Source: Felis catus (lineage: Eukaryota). From it: a stretch of 64,000 nt of DNA. The notes beneath the pieces were generated by a model. That model searched no databases. It was not told the origin of the DNA and worked only from the letters and a program-made list of their open reading frames with translations. Below are positions 37,701 to 51,527 of the stretch, in pieces; position 1 is the stretch's first letter; each line of letters starts with the position of its first letter. The position numbers and the translations under genes are program-made. The stretch covers positions 5,704,001 to 5,768,000 of the forward strand of contig NC_058368.1 of the NCBI RefSeq assembly GCF_018350175.1, in the 5' to 3' direction.

Positions 37701-39374
37701 CCTGGAAAGCAGCATCTTCCCGACCAGCTTGGTGCTTCACCACGGAGTTGTTTTGCCTTGTCCTTTCCCAAATGCCCCGATCAGGAAATACACAGAGCCT
37801 AGACTAGTCCTCACTCCATTACACCCGGGGCTTCTCAACCCACCGCCCAGCCTTTCACTGAGGCCTCTCTGGGTCAGCCAGGTGCCCTGCTAATTTATCT
37901 GTTCCTAGCAGCCCCGTGACTCTGACCTGACCTTTTCATAGGCTCTCCGACTGGACCACGGCGCTCAGCCTTGTATAAGGGAAACCTCACTACCTCATTG
38001 CAAGTCGTGGAATGAGGTAATGGTTTCCATATGTGCTGGGGCTGTCATTCAAATCTGACTTCGCCTGCTCTGCTAATGAGGTCAGACGGCTCTGCCTGTG
38101 GTGGACAGCCTCTCCCGGGGGGGAGCTCGGCTCCAGGAGACGGATGACAGTCACCCACCCCCTTTCAAGGAGCTCAGGGAGGCCACATTTCTTCCCACTG
38201 CAAAGAAACACAAAATAAAAGGCCGTGCATGCATTGTTTTGTTTGTTTAAACGTTTTATTTGGAGATAATTGCAGTTTCACATGTGGTTGTAAGAAATAA
38301 TACAGAGAGAGCCCCCCTCCCCCTTGCCCCTCCCCCCGGTAGCCTTTGCTCACTTTCCCCCAAAGGTGACATCTTGCAAAACTATGCACCGGTGTCACGG
38401 CCAGGAAACTGACATTGATGCAGTCAAAATAGGAAACATTTTCATCAGCACCAGGATCCTCATGTTGTCTTTTTATAGTCATATCTACCTTCTACCCTCT
38501 CCTTAGCTCCTGGCAGCCATCAGTCCGTCCTCTGTTTCCGTAATTTTGCCATTTCAAGAATGTTATATAAATGAGTCATATCATGTGTAACTCTTGGGAC
38601 AAAAAAAAGCTCCCTTTTTTCACTTAGCATAATTCTCTGGGGACTCATCCGGGTTCTTGCATATTAGCAATGGTTTCTTCCTCTTTCTCGCCGAGTAGTA
38701 TCTCATGGCTATGGCCGTACCACGCTTTGTTCAAACATTCACCTGCTGAAGGATATCTGGGTTTCCAGCTTGGGGCCATTATGAATAAAGCTCTGGAAAA
38801 CATTTGTTTACAGGCTTTTATGTGAACGTAAGTCCTCATTTCTCTGGGATAAATGTCCAGGAGTGCAACAGCTGGGTTTTTTAGCAGTTGCATATTTAGG
38901 TGGGTTATTTTTTTTTTTCTTTTTAAAAACGAAAACCATTTCTTGGCTTCCATTCTGTGGGTAGGCAGTTTGGGCTGCACATTAGCTCAGGTTTATCTGA
39001 TTTTTTTTTTTTACATCAAATGCATAAACTTTACCTTTTTAAATTATATAATTTAGTGGTTTGTAGTATTTTCACAGAGTTGTGATGTGTTTGGTTTTTT
39101 TAAAGAAATGCCAAACTGTTCTTTCAGAGTGGCCACGGCATTTACATTTCCACGAGCAGTGTCTGAGCGATCCAGTCTTTCCACATCCGTGCCAGCACGT
39201 GCTGTCACTATTTTTTTTATGTTGGCCGTTGTGGTAAATGTGGTAACAGCTCACTGTGGTTTTCATTTGCATTTCCCTAATTGCCAATGATGCTGAGCCT
39301 CTTTTCACGTGCTCATTTGCCATCTGTATGTCCTTTCTGACGAAATGTCTCTTCATACCCTTTGCCCGTTTTCT

Positions 39375-39605
39375 TTTTTCTTTTTTTTTTAATTTTTTTT
39401 TTAACGTGTATTTATTTTTGAGACAGAGAGAGACACAGCATGAACGGGGGAGGGGCAGAGAGAGAGGGAGACACAGAATCCGAAGCAGGCTCCAGGCTCT
39501 GAGCCATCAGCCCAGAGCCTGACGCGGGGCTCGAACTCGCGGACCGCGAGATCGTGACCTGAGCTGAAATCGGACGCTTAACCGACTGAGCCACCCAGGC
39601 GCCCC
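39375..39605 (-). mobile_element. Young felid CanSINE (SINEC_Fc-like)
   Basis: CpGs retained, long T tail, perfect 17-bp TSD CCCTTTGCCCGTTTTCT at 39358-39374 and 39611-39627. Confidence 0.95.
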
Positions 39606-41436
39606 CCCCCCCCTTTGCCCGTTTTCTAATTGGATTCCTTGGGGTTTTCTTCTGTTGAGTTTCAGTAGTTCTTTATATATTCTAGACATTCATCCTTTAT
39701 CAGATAGGCGGTCGACAAACGTTTTCTCCCACTCTGTAGCTTGTCCTTTCGGCCTCGGGAAGACAATCTTTCTCAGGGAGAAAAAAAAGGGTTTTAATTT
39801 TAATAAAGCCCAAATTAATTTTTCTTTATGGATTTTGCTTTTGGTGTTAGGTGCAAGAACTCTTTGCCTAGTCCTCGATCCCAAATATACGGTTGTATTT
39901 TTTGTAGAGTTTTATAGTTTTGTATAGTTTTATAGTTGTATAGTTTTATATGTTACTCTTAAGTGTGTGATTCATGTTGAGTTAATTTTTGCATAAGGAG
40001 ACTTCTATAGAGGGTTTGTTTTTCTTTATGTGTGCATGGTTGCTCCCGTATCATTTGTTGAAAAGAGTATCTTTCACCGGATTGCTTTTACACCTTTATC
40101 AAAAATCAGGTATATTTTTGTGGTCTTTTTCCTGGGTTCTCTATTCTAGTCTATTCTACTAATCTGTGTAGCTATCCCTCAACCAATGCCACACTGTCTT
40201 GATTACCATACCCTAGGTCTTGAAATCAACTAGACTGATCCCTTCCATTTTGTGCAAAATTGTTTTAGCTACTCTAGGTCCTTTGCTTTTCTGTACATTT
40301 TTTAGAGTAATCTTGTCTATACCTACAAAAAAATCTTGTTGGGATTTTGATAGGAATTGCATTAAACCTATAGATCAATTTGGTAAGAATTAATATTAAA
40401 TCTAAATATCAATTTGGGAAGAATTAACATTTTTATTTTTATATATATTAATATTTATGTTGAGTATTCCAACCCATGAAAATTACATGTCTCTCCAATT
40501 ATTTAGATCTTTGTTTTGTCAACATTGTGTAATTTTCAGTATATAAGTCCTGTATATATTTTGCTAGATTTACACCTAAGTATTTCTTTTTTTTTTTTGA
40601 ACAAACATATATGCATCATATTTTTAATTTCAGGATTCACATGTCTATTTATAGTACATAGAAATACAATTTATTTCTGTGTGTTGGTCTCATAGCACGC
40701 AACCTTGCTGAACTCACTACTTCTGAGAGTTTGATATGTGTCTGTGTGTGTTTATATTTTCTTATCTATATTTATATTTCTTGGGATTTTCTAGACCATC
40801 ACATCATCTGCAAATTGGAACATTTTTATTACTTCCTTTCTGATCCATATTCTTTTATTTCCTTTTCTTGCCATATTGCATTGGCTATAACTTTCAGCAT
40901 TATTTGAATAAGAATGTGAGAATGGACAACCTTACCTTGCTTCCTATCTTAGGGGGAAAGTAGCAGTCTTTCATCATAAAATATGGTGTTAGCTGTGGAG
41001 TTGTTCTTTGTCAAGTTGGAGAAGATCCCCTTTATTCCTAATTTCCTAAGAGGTTTTGTTTTGTTTTTTAAATCATGAATGGGTGTTGAATCTTGTAAAA
41101 TATTTTATCTGCAGCAACTGATATGATCATGTGCGGCTTTTTTCCTCTTTAGCTATTAATATGGTAGATTACATTGATTTTTATATATTGAACCAGTTTG
41201 CATCCCTGGAATAATGCCCACTTGTTCATGTTGTGTTATTCTTGTCATATATTGCTGAACTGAATTTACTAACATTTAGAAATTTTGCATCTATATTCAT
41301 GCGAAATACTGGATTGTGGTTTTCTTTTTTTTTGTTATATCTTTAAATGGTTTTGATATCAGGATAGTAAGTGAATTAGAAAGAGTCCCCTCCTCTTTGA
41401 TTTTCTGGGAAAGATTGTGTAGAATTTTTTAAATAA

Positions 41437-41641
41437 TTCTTTAAAAGTTTATTTTTATTTATTTTGAGAGAGAGATAGAAAGCAGGAGAGAGGCAGAGAG
41501 AGAAGGAGACAGAATCCCAAGCAGGCTTCATGCTATCAGCACAGAGCCTAACGCAGGGCTCGAACTCACAAACCGTGAGGTCATGACCTGAGCTGAAATC
41601 AAGAGTTGGCCACTGAATTGATTGAGCCACCCAGGTGCCCC
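41437..41641 (-). mobile_element. CanSINE
   Basis: Antisense body; degenerate TSD TGTAGAATT. Confidence 0.9.
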
Positions 41642-41822
41642 AAAGGTTTTGTAGAATTGATGTTAAGTCTTCTTTAAATATATTTGGTAGAATTCTCCAG
41701 TGAGAGTAGAATACAGCAGAATTCTCCATTTTATCTTTTGTTTTCTGTTCTGGTTTTCATTTCTCTGTTTTTTTTTCCTTCCTTCTTGTGGGTTATGTGA
41801 ATGTTTTTTAGAATTCCATTTT

Positions 41823-41981
41823 GGGGGTGCCCAGGTGGCTCAGTTGCTTTGGCTGAGGTCATGATCTCACGGTTTGTGGATTCAAGCCCCACATCGGGCT
41901 CTGTGTTGACAGCTCAGAGCCTGGAGCCTGCTTCAGATTCTGTGTCTCCCTCTGTCTCTGTCCCTCCCCCATGCACATGTG

Positions 41982-42017
<36 letters not shown>

Positions 42018-42045
42018 ATAAAGAAACATTAAAAAATAAAATAAA
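41823..42045 (+). mobile_element. CanSINE with small internal deletion
   Basis: Head, (CT)n and tail present; TSD TAGAATTC(C/T)AT. Confidence 0.9.
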
Positions 42046-42121
42046 TAGAATTCTATGTTGATTTATCTGTCATATTTTTGAATGTGTCTCACAGTATAGA
42101 TTTTTTTTACTAGTTCTGGGT

Positions 42122-42157
42122 ATTATATATATACAATATATATATTATATATATGTA

Positions 42158-42190
<33 letters not shown>
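42122..42190. repeat. Compound (TA)n(CA)n microsatellite
   Basis: Seen directly. Confidence 0.9.
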
Positions 42191-45100
42191 TAACTAGTCA
42201 TAGTTTACTGGTGGTGTCATTTTACCAGTCTGAGTGAAGTACAGAAACGTTACCTCCTTTTACATTTCTTTACCCACCCCCATTTATAATATGCTTTTCT
42301 TAAAAATTTTTCTCTGTATACATTTAGAACCACATCAGACAGTGTGTAATTTGTGCTTTAACTTACTCAAATATAATTCGGGGAATTCAAGAGGAAAAGA
42401 AAAGCCCATTGTATTTACCCATATTTTTGCTTACCATGTTCTTTCTTTTTCCCTGATGCCCCAAGATTTCTTTTTTTTTTATCATTTCCTTTTCATTTCT
42501 GAAATTTCCGTTAGCTATTCTCGTAGGGCAGTTCTGATGGTGACAAATTCTCTTAGTGGCTTCCATTTGAGAATGTCTTGATTTCTTCATTCCTGAAAGA
42601 TATCTTCACTGAGTGGACAGTTCGTTCCTTTCAACACTTGAAAAATATTATGCCACTTCTGGCCTCAGTAGTTTCTGGTGAGAAGTCCACTGTCATTCCA
42701 ATTGGTTTTCCCCTACAGGTAAAGTAGCATTTACCTCGGGCTGCTTTTGAGATCTTTTCTTTGTCTGCAGTTTGAAGAAATGTGAAGAAAGAAATTTAAT
42801 ATAATCTATCTTGGGCTGGATTTTTTGGGGCTTGTCATATTTAGAATTTGTGCAGCTTCTTGAATCTGTAGGTTTATGTCTGTCACTAAATGTGGGAAGT
42901 TTTCAGCCTTTATTTCTTTCAGTGCTTTTTCAACCCCATTCTCCTTCTGCTCTCCTTCTAGGACTCTGAAGACATGCATGTTACTTCTTTTATTCTCACA
43001 GGTCCCCGAGACTCCGTTAGTTTTTTCCTCAGTCTATTTGCCTCTGTTACTCAGACTCCATCATTGCCACTGTTCTGTCTCCCTGTTTACAAACTCTTTC
43101 TTCCATCCCCTCCATCCCGCTCTTAAACCCATCCACTAAGTTTTTATTTGTTATTACATTTTTAAGTTCTAACGTTTATAACCGGTTCTCCTTTATATCT
43201 TCTTTTCTGAGGCTTTCTTCTTTTATTTTTCATTTGTTTTAAACATATTCCTAACTGCATGTCGAAGCATTTTTATTACGGCTGCTTTAATATCTTTGTC
43301 AGAGGATACCACAGTCTCTGTCGTCTTGATGTTGCCATCAGTTGATTTTTTTTTTTACATTCATTTTGACATCTTCCTGGTTCTTGGTGTGACACGCCAC
43401 TTTCAAATGAAACGTACACATCTTAAGTATTAATTGTTCTGATGCTGGATCCTGCCAGGTAGAAGTACTCTAGACCCCCTACTCGACCTCTGTTGAAGCC
43501 TGCTGGGTGGGGATGGGAGTTCCTGCTGTCCGCATGACCTCCACTGACACTGCAAGGGATAGGTGAAGGGTGGGGAGGAGACAGGGGGTATGCCTTTGTT
43601 ACTCCTGGGCAGGGATGAAAGTCCTGATTCTCTGTGAGGCTTCTTCTGACACAACCCCACTGAGGAGGAGAAAAAAATGCCTCCTTTTGCTAGGTGGGGC
43701 ACAGAAGTTCATTCTTCTCATGTTGTCTCTGAAGATACCACTGGGGGCCAGAGACCTCATTGTCAGCTGACAAGGATGAAAGTCCCAGCTCCCTCCTTGA
43801 TCTCCTCTGTTACCACCTCATAGGACATGCTGTTGCAGCCTCATAGGAGTGGAGGTCTAGGCTCCCCACTTGGTCTTTGCTGGCATGGATGGGAGTGAAG
43901 CCACAGGTTTTTTCTGTGGTGTTGGGCTAGAGTAGTATGATCATGGTCTGAAAGTTCTTTTGTCTTGCTAGGCTGCCCCTTTCCTGCTCCTTTGACTAGA
44001 GAAAACAGGCTTTTTTCTGGGCTTTTTTGGTTGCACCCATGGGCATTTCTGGGTTGCCAGACTTTTTAGCTCCAAATATGGGATCTGTGAGGCCAGAAGG
44101 AAACTGAGATTTCTCATGCCCCGAGGTTCCTAGCTGGTCTTCCTTCCAATTTCATCCAAGTTGCTATTTCAGGTGAAAGGACAGTGGGGCTGCCAGCTCC
44201 TGGTTTCTTTCTTTTTGAACTTTCCTTCCCACTTCACTGATTTATTTATCACTCCAGTTAGCAGACACAGTGGAAAAGGATCACATGTAACCTGGTTTTG
44301 CTTTCAGATCTTTTCAGTGTCCCCTGCCCCTTTTGTTAAAGGCTTCCCAGGCAGCTTTGTCCTTCAGCATGGTTGGCTTACGTGCATCACCTGTGTTCTA
44401 ACCCAGGTGGTTGTTGACAGACAGATTCCATCTATCTTGAGCCTGCAAATCTGCTGTTGCCTCTTGCAAACTTATTGCTTGATTTAGTGCTACACCTCCT
44501 GGGAGGACAAACTTTTCTTTTTGAGAGAAAATCACCCAATCCACGTCATAGAAGAATGACATTTCGTCCAATACCCCAAACAGTCCCCTGGCCCCCACTT
44601 TCCAAAACTTTGGACAGAAGAAAATAAGCAACTTGTTAGTATAAGCCTTTCTTCCCTCCAGTTCCCAGTTGTGCTGGTCAGAGGAGACCTGAGACCAGAG
44701 AGGACAGGACAGATCTATCCTCTTATTTTTTTAATGGAATTTGTATTAAGTTAATTAACCTTGTGTCCTATCCTGTCCTCAGCCAGACTGTCTTTCAACT
44801 CTTCCATGTAATCTGAATTCTTAACAAAATACAACGTCCTGTCTCTGTAAAGGACACGGAGTTGTTTTGTTAGGTTTTGTTTCTGGCAGTGTCATCTAGA
44901 ATTTGGAGGGGGCTTTCCTCCTCTGGAGGAGAATTGGGATTCTAGCATTTGTAGAGAACAATACAGAGGAATTCATCTCAGTTATTATTGGAAATCCCAC
45001 TGCATCCTAGCCCAGTGTTGGGCATTGTGGACAGATGCAGAGACAAATGATAGAGACAAATAAGACCGCGAGAATAAGACAGACCAAATCAGTAAATACA

Positions 45101-45339
45101 GAGGACAAATGCAATTTTTTGTATGTAACCATGTCCTCTGTCCTCAGCCCTGGGTGGGTACTGTGAAAAACGCAGAGACAGTATAAGACTTGGTCCCTGA
45201 GAGAACAGACCCTGTGGTTGAACACTCAGAGGACGTGTTGGTGTTTCTAGGAATCACCCCTTAGGGCGCCTTCTCACCCTGCCTGTTCTCCCTGGGTTTC
45301 TACAGGCTGAGGAATCCGAAGTGGGATCTCTGGCTTGAA

Positions 45340-45746
45340 TCTCTCTAGACCCCAATATCTCATGGCCCCCTAAATGCTTCAAAGGCAACTCAAAGCCTGA
45401 CATCCAAAATTGGACTCATTGTCTTTCCTACTAAACCCATTCTTCTCCTGCATTTCCAACTGGATGATCAACAAGGAGTTCGCCATTGTTCAGGATGTAG
45501 CTTCAATGTTGATTCTTCTTGAAGCCTTCCTGAACTTTCTGCAAGTTATCACTCCTCAGTTTTAACGCTGTTGAGGCCCGTGTAATCTCCAGTTTGGTAC
45601 TCATCACCTTTGCCATGATATGTGTCTACCCAGAGAGATCACCTCAGAGACTGTGAGCTTCATAAGGACAGGGACGGTGTCATAGGCGGCTTTGTTTCCA
45701 GCACTGGATCTCACACACAACAGGTGCAGCGTAATTGTTGAATGAA
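45340..45746 (+). mobile_element. L2 3' fragment
   Basis: CATCCAAAATTGGACTCATTGTCTTTCC...AGACTGTGAGCTTCATAAGGACAGGGAC...TTGTTGAATGAA end. Confidence 0.7.
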
Positions 45747-46836
45747 AAGAAGTCACGTTTGAAAAGTGGAAAGCGTATGGTTTGGCAGCAAGGAAGAAGG
45801 AGAATAATTTACTACCATTTAATGGAACAGGCTTTACAAAGGTCTCCTTGCTCCAGGGTCATCATTCCTATCTTACTGGAATCTTAGGCTAGAAAACCTA
45901 TTTTGTTTTTATTCTTGTTATTTTCCCTCATTACACTGGTCTGTTTAACTAAGGCAAAGTTTTTGATCCTACAAAGGCCTAAGTAGGTCTGGAATGCACT
46001 TGAGCCTAAAAGGTTCTTAGCTTCTGATGTTCAGATTATAAGGCGTAAAGTAAGTTACCAATTGAGGCTATGAAATCTCATTCTCTAGGGCGCCTTAAAA
46101 ATAGGTTAGAGTTTCAGTGGTCTGATAGATTGGTAGATGTTTAGCCTTACCTGAAGGAAAAGGAACTTTGGACTAGCTGTTTTCTTGAAGAACCTGTCAG
46201 ATTTATGTTTTGAATGTGGTCCAGCACTAATTTAAAAATAAGTTTCTAAAAATACATATTTGTTTTTGGCTTTGTACGCCAGCTGCAATTCCTAGCAGCT
46301 GTAACTACTGACAAGATCTAAAAACAGATTTGCAATTATTTGCTCTGTTCTCCATGTTCCTGCTCTTTGGCAGTTATGCATGGGTGATTTTTGCAGGAAT
46401 AGCCTCCTGACAGAAATGTGGACATGAGGGTTTGTTATTCCCCAACATAATGCTTCTCAGCTCCCCGCTCCTTCCTAAACTGCTCAGTTTTTGAGACAGG
46501 AGCACACCTCCCCCTCTAGGATATGTCAGCTTCTAAACAGAGCCTGCCTATATGGAGTTGTGTGAGGTTGGGTTTCACCATCATTACCGGGGAGGCACCA
46601 AGAACGCACGCTCCGTTGGTAAATTTATGTTTACGTGTACCTTTCCTATCGGTAAGTCTCGGTCAGCGTGCGTGCTTCAGCGAGGACAGGACACTATCAA
46701 AGAACACACGTTGACTCCAGGATCCCCCACTGTGGGAGAAGTAAAATGTGAAGATTGCATCATTACCAACAGCTCAGGCAGTGGGAGGGAATTTACTCCA
46801 ATTCAGGACCCATTCCCTCTCCTTTTTAACTGAAAT

Positions 46837-49030
46837 TTCTTTTTTTTTTTTAAGTTGTGATGAAATTCACACAGTGTGAAATTTACCATTTTAAAGTGTA
46901 CAATTCAGTGGCATTTAGGACATTTACAGTGTTGTGCAACCATCACCATTATCTACTTCTAGAATGCTTCCACCTCCCCAAAGGAAACCTTATGTGGTTT
47001 AAGCAGTCATTCCCCATTTCGCTCCCCTGCCTACCCACCCGATACTCTCCGGCAACCACTACTCTACTTTCCGTTTACGTACTGGTCTATTCTGGATCTC
47101 ATATAGTCATGCAATACGTGGCCTTGTGGGCTTGACTTCTTTCAATTACCATAATGTCTTCAAGCCTTATCCCTGTGGCAGTATGTCCCTCAGCACTCGA
47201 TTCCCTTTCGTGGCTGAGTAATAGTCCGCTGTATGGAATATACAAAGTTTTGTTTCCATTCATCAGTTGATAGACATCTGGATTGTTTCCATCTTTTGGC
47301 TGTTGTGAATAATGCTGCTGTAGATATGGGTGTACAGGTATCTGTTTAAGACCATTTCCATTTCCTTTTTTTTGAAAGTATATGTTGGAGTGGAATGGCT
47401 GTGTGATGCAGTCTTCTGTGTGGAACTTCAGTGGCTGCACCATTTTATAACCACACCAGTAACGTGCTAGGGTTCCAACTTCTCCACACCCTCTCCAAAA
47501 CATGGTACTTTCTGTTTGTTTGTTTGCTTGCTTGCTTGCTTGTTTTATAATTATAGCCATCCTAGTAGATAGTAAGTGCTATCCCTTTGTGGTTTTGACT
47601 TGTATTTCCCTAATGACTAATGACGTTGAGTATCTTTTCATACATATGCTTTTGGCCATTGTATTTAGTCTTTGGATAAATGTCTTTTTAAGTCCTTTGC
47701 CCATTTTGTAACTGCGTTGTTTGTCTTTTTTGTTGTTGAGTTTTGGGGATTATTGATATATTCTGGATACTAGACCCTCATCAGATATGTGATTTGCAAA
47801 TACTTTCTCTCATTTGGGGTTGCCTTTTGACTTTCTTGATAATGTCCTTTGATGACCAAAAAGATTTTAATTTTGATGAAGTCCAATTTATTTTTCCTTT
47901 TGTTGCCTGTGCTTTGGGTTCATATCCATGAAACCATTGCCAAATCTCAGGTCATAAAGATTTACTCTTTTGTTTTCTTTAAGGAATATATAGGAATATA
48001 TATAGTTTTCACTCTTATATTTAAGTCTTTGATCCGTTTTTAGTTCACTTTTGTGTATGATTGCAGGTAAGGGCCCAACTTCATCCTTTTGATGTAGAAA
48101 TTCAGTTGTTCTAACACCATTTGCTGAACAGACTATTCTTTCCTCATTAAATGGTCTTGATAACTTAGCCAAAAATCTAGGCTCTTAATTACATCACAAT
48201 GATTTATGTGTCTATCTTTATGCCAGTGCCACACTGTTTTTATTACCATAGCTTTAAAATTTTTTTATGTTTTATTTATTTTTGAGAGAGAGACAGAGAC
48301 AGAGCATGAGTGGGGGAGGGGCAGAGAGAGAGACACGCACACAGAATCTGAAACAGGCTCCAGGCTCTGAGCTGTCAGCACAGAGCACAACACGGGGCTT
48401 GAACTCGGAAACGAGCTCATGACCTAGGCTGAAGTCGGACGCTTAACCAACTGAGCCACCCAGGCACCCCACCATAGCTTTATGTTAAGTTTTAAAATCA
48501 GGAAGTGTGAGTCCCATAATTTTTTTTTCAAGATTATTTTGGCAATTTGGGGTCCCTGTGGATCTTAGGACAATTTTTTCCATTTCTGCAAAAAAAGACT
48601 GTTGGAATTTTGCCTGTTTTGATTAGAATTTCCAACAAATTCATCAGATAGAAGTGGTGAATGCAGGCTTCCTTTGTTTTGTTCCCGGTCATAGAGAGAT
48701 AGGTTTCAGTCTTTCACCATTGACTATGATGTTAGCTGTGGGTTTTTCATAAATGAAAAGGACTTTATGTGTTGTGTTGAGGAATTTCCCTTCTATTCTC
48801 AGTTGCTGAGTAATTTTATTATGAAAGGGTGTTGGTTTTGTCACATGCTCTGTCTGCACCAATTGAGATGATCACGTGGTATTTTTCCTTCATTGTATTA
48901 ATGTATGGTATATTGATTGATTTTTGTATGTTGAACCAGCCTTGCATTCCTGGGATAAATCCCATTTGATCATGGTGTGTAATCCTTTTATTACACTAAT
49001 GGATTTAGTTTGCCAGAGTTTTCTTGAAGA
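46837..49030 (-). mobile_element. L1MB-like 3' fragment
   Basis: Poly-T then GAAATTTACCATTTTAAAGTGTACAATTCAGTGGCATTTAG...GTTGTGCAACCATCACC; ORF2 relics on -. Confidence 0.88.
48257..48470 (-). mobile_element. CanSINE nested in L1
   Basis: 12-bp TSD ACCATAGCTTTA at 48245-48256 and 48471-48482. Confidence 0.93.
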
Positions 49031-49282
49031 TTCTCTCTCCTTTTTTAAACCAAGATCTCATAGATATAAATTGTCTTTCCTTGTACTAATTTGTACTTCG
49101 TTTTTCTTTTCTTCCCATTATTCAAAATTAACCAAATATTTGGTTGTGTTTCCTTCACCTTTTTTCCAACGTCTTTGTGAGTATATAGCTTCCAAATTAT
49201 GCATGGATGATAGAATACCATAAAGGGCAAATGTTATTATCATCCCTTTCTATCTTGAGTTTTTTCAACATTATTGTTCAGC

Positions 49283-49480
49283 ATTTTTTTTTATTTATTT
49301 ATGTGAGAGAGACAGAGACAGTGTGAGTGGGGAAGGGGCAGAGAGAGAGGGAGAGAGAAGCAAGCTCCATGCTGCCAACACAGAGCCTGATGTGGGGCTC
49401 CAACCCACAAAACTGTGAGATCATGACCTGAGCCAAAACCAAGAGTCGGACGCTTAACCAACTGAGCCACCCAGGTGCCC
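49283..49480 (-). mobile_element. CanSINE
   Basis: Antisense head, (GA)n and T tail. Confidence 0.9.
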
Positions 49481-50449
49481 TTTCCTGAGAAGTTTTAATA
49501 ATTGTCAGTAATAATGCTTTTTTCTTCTGCAAAGAAGAAAATGGGAAATGGGGAAAGTACTATTACTTGACATTTCAACTTTGGAGCACATAGAGAAGCC
49601 AGTGGTCAGACATCTCCACTAGAGTGTTTTATGAGCTCTCAGACCCTTTTCATCACCTAAACCTTTGTCGAATCTGCCACTTTAAGGGTCTCCAGAAAAG
49701 GTTGTTTCTGAGGATAGCGAAGCTTGAGAAAGAACAGTTCTGTGATCATGTTTTGTAGCCATAATGTTTTCCAGTAATTGGGTCAGGGGAATATAAATTA
49801 TTCACAGAAACCAGATAAAGTCAATATGGTAGACTGAGCTGACTCAGGACTTTTCCAGATGCATAGAAATGCTCAGTGAAATATGAACAAAGAAAGGCTT
49901 TTAATACATAATCAACTTCAAATGGAACACAGAAACCTAGGTGCCAAAACAGAGAGACGCAAAAGCCAGTAGGCCAAGAGGGAGATAAAGCTGAAGAGGG
50001 GGTATCAGACTGCATAAAAGGCTCAGGGACTGAAGGTTCAGAGACTAATATAGGGAAAGGAGATAAAACCTCAGTCCCCAGTGAGATAGAACTCAATGCA
50101 TAAAGCTACAGATTTTGTAGGGCTGCTATTTTAATGAAACAGAAACGAGAAACATTTTACTCACTAGATTGACAAAGCAGCAATGGGGAAGACAGAATTA
50201 CCCACCAGAAACTGGAAGCCCATGCTTATGTATGAGGTCCAATTTTAGACTCTTCCCAATGCGATGGGAGCTAAGCTAAGATAATATAAAAATTGATGCA
50301 ACCCACAGGACCCTGGCAGAGGCAAAAGAAAATCATTCTGAAGCATGACTTCATAACTAGAGCACACACAGTAAAGGAACCACAGTGACGGTGGGTCATG
50401 GAATACTGCAGACATTTATTGGCTCTCCACACCCCCAAGAACTGGATAT

Positions 50450-51400
50450 GTAAGGAATGTCTGAACAAACCTATAAAATACTGGGGAAAGAAGATGTGGA
50501 AAGAGTAAAACAGTATGTGAGAACAGGTGGATCTAGAAGATAAATAAACTCTTGTAGACATGAGAAGGGTTCTAATTTCAATTAAAGCATGCCAGTCAGT
50601 TTAATGATGGTTCAGGTAAAACCAAAGAAAGAAAGGAAATGGAAAACGTAGAGGAGACGTAGAGATGTGGAAGATAGGATTATATATATAAGAAGATCCT
50701 GGATAAGAAAAAAACAGAGAACCGGGGACAGGCAGGACTCAAAGTGTTTTCCATACATGAAGATAAACTTCTGAGTTGTAGTGACTTTCCAGGTCTCAGC
50801 AGCTGAGCAGATTTAAAAACACATTTGGGCGCCCGGACGGCTCAGTCGGTTCAGCTTCGGACTCTTGATTTCGGCTCAGGTCATGATCTCCCAGTTCGTG
50901 AGTTCGAGTCCTGCATGGGGCTCTATGCTGTTGGTGTGGAGCCCGCTTGGGATGCGCTCTCTCTCCCTCTCTGCCCCTCCCCCACTCACATGCTCTCTCG
51001 CACTCTCAAAATATTTTGGAAAACACAAATCTACGTCTAGTCGTACTAAGTGTCGTAACAAAACTGCAGAACACCAAGGACAGAGTAATTATAAAAGTAT
51101 CTAGAAGGAAAAAGACTATCTGCAAAGAACTGGTCCTCTAAATGAGTAGATAATTAAAAAGAATGTAAGAAAGGAGAAAGGGAGTGAAGAAAAATGTGAT
51201 GCATGAGAAGCCGAAAATAAATGACCCTCCTTAGATATATTTTAAAACATGATGAAGTGTTAGTTGTGATGCATATGTACGTAAAACAAAAGTACGAAAT
51301 AGAGATGTAAGACTATTTCTGATTTATTATAAGAGAGGGGGAATAATGGGGTCTGGGAGGAGGGCAACGGACTTCGTATTTGAAATTTTATTCTTTTGTT
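50450..51400 (+). mobile_element. Ancient L1/HAL1-like ORF1 relic
   Basis: A-rich; peptide VVTKLQNTKDRVIIKVSRRKKTICK resembles the L1 ORF1 IIVKL..TKDKEKILKA.REK motif; extent approximate. Confidence 0.55.
50827..51020 (+). mobile_element. CanSINE
   Basis: Diverged head; flanking AAAACACA duplication. Confidence 0.88.
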
Positions 51401-51413
51401 CACATTTGAAGTA

Positions 51414-51527
51414 GGGGCGCCTGGCTGGCTCAGTTGGAGGAGCATGTGACTCTTGGATCTCAGGGCGTGAGTTCGAGCCCCACATTGGGTGTGGAGATTA
51501 CTAAAAAAATAAACAAACTTAAAAAAA
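51414..51527 (+). mobile_element. Short tRNA-like CanSINE variant lacking the (CT)n region
   Basis: A box TGGCTCAGTTGG, B box GAGTTCGAGCC, A-rich tail, TSD TTTGAAGT. Confidence 0.85.

Larger units (their letters stand above)
38236..44150 (-). mobile_element. Long, old L1M relic (L1MC/L1MD-like 3' end, ORF2 and upstream parts), internally deleted and interrupted by three SINEs
   Basis: 3' end TTATTTGGAGATAATTGCAGTTTCACATGTGGTTGTAAGAAATAATACAGAGAG; ORF2 relic peptides on - (KRHFVRKDIQMANEHVKRGSASLAIREMQMKTT; KGQATEWEKTF). May be more than one element. Confidence 0.85.

Noticed and set aside
51414..51490. Possible tRNA gene
   Set aside because: A and B boxes are present, but it has an A-rich tail and TSD and no proper cloverleaf end; it is a tRNA-derived SINE.
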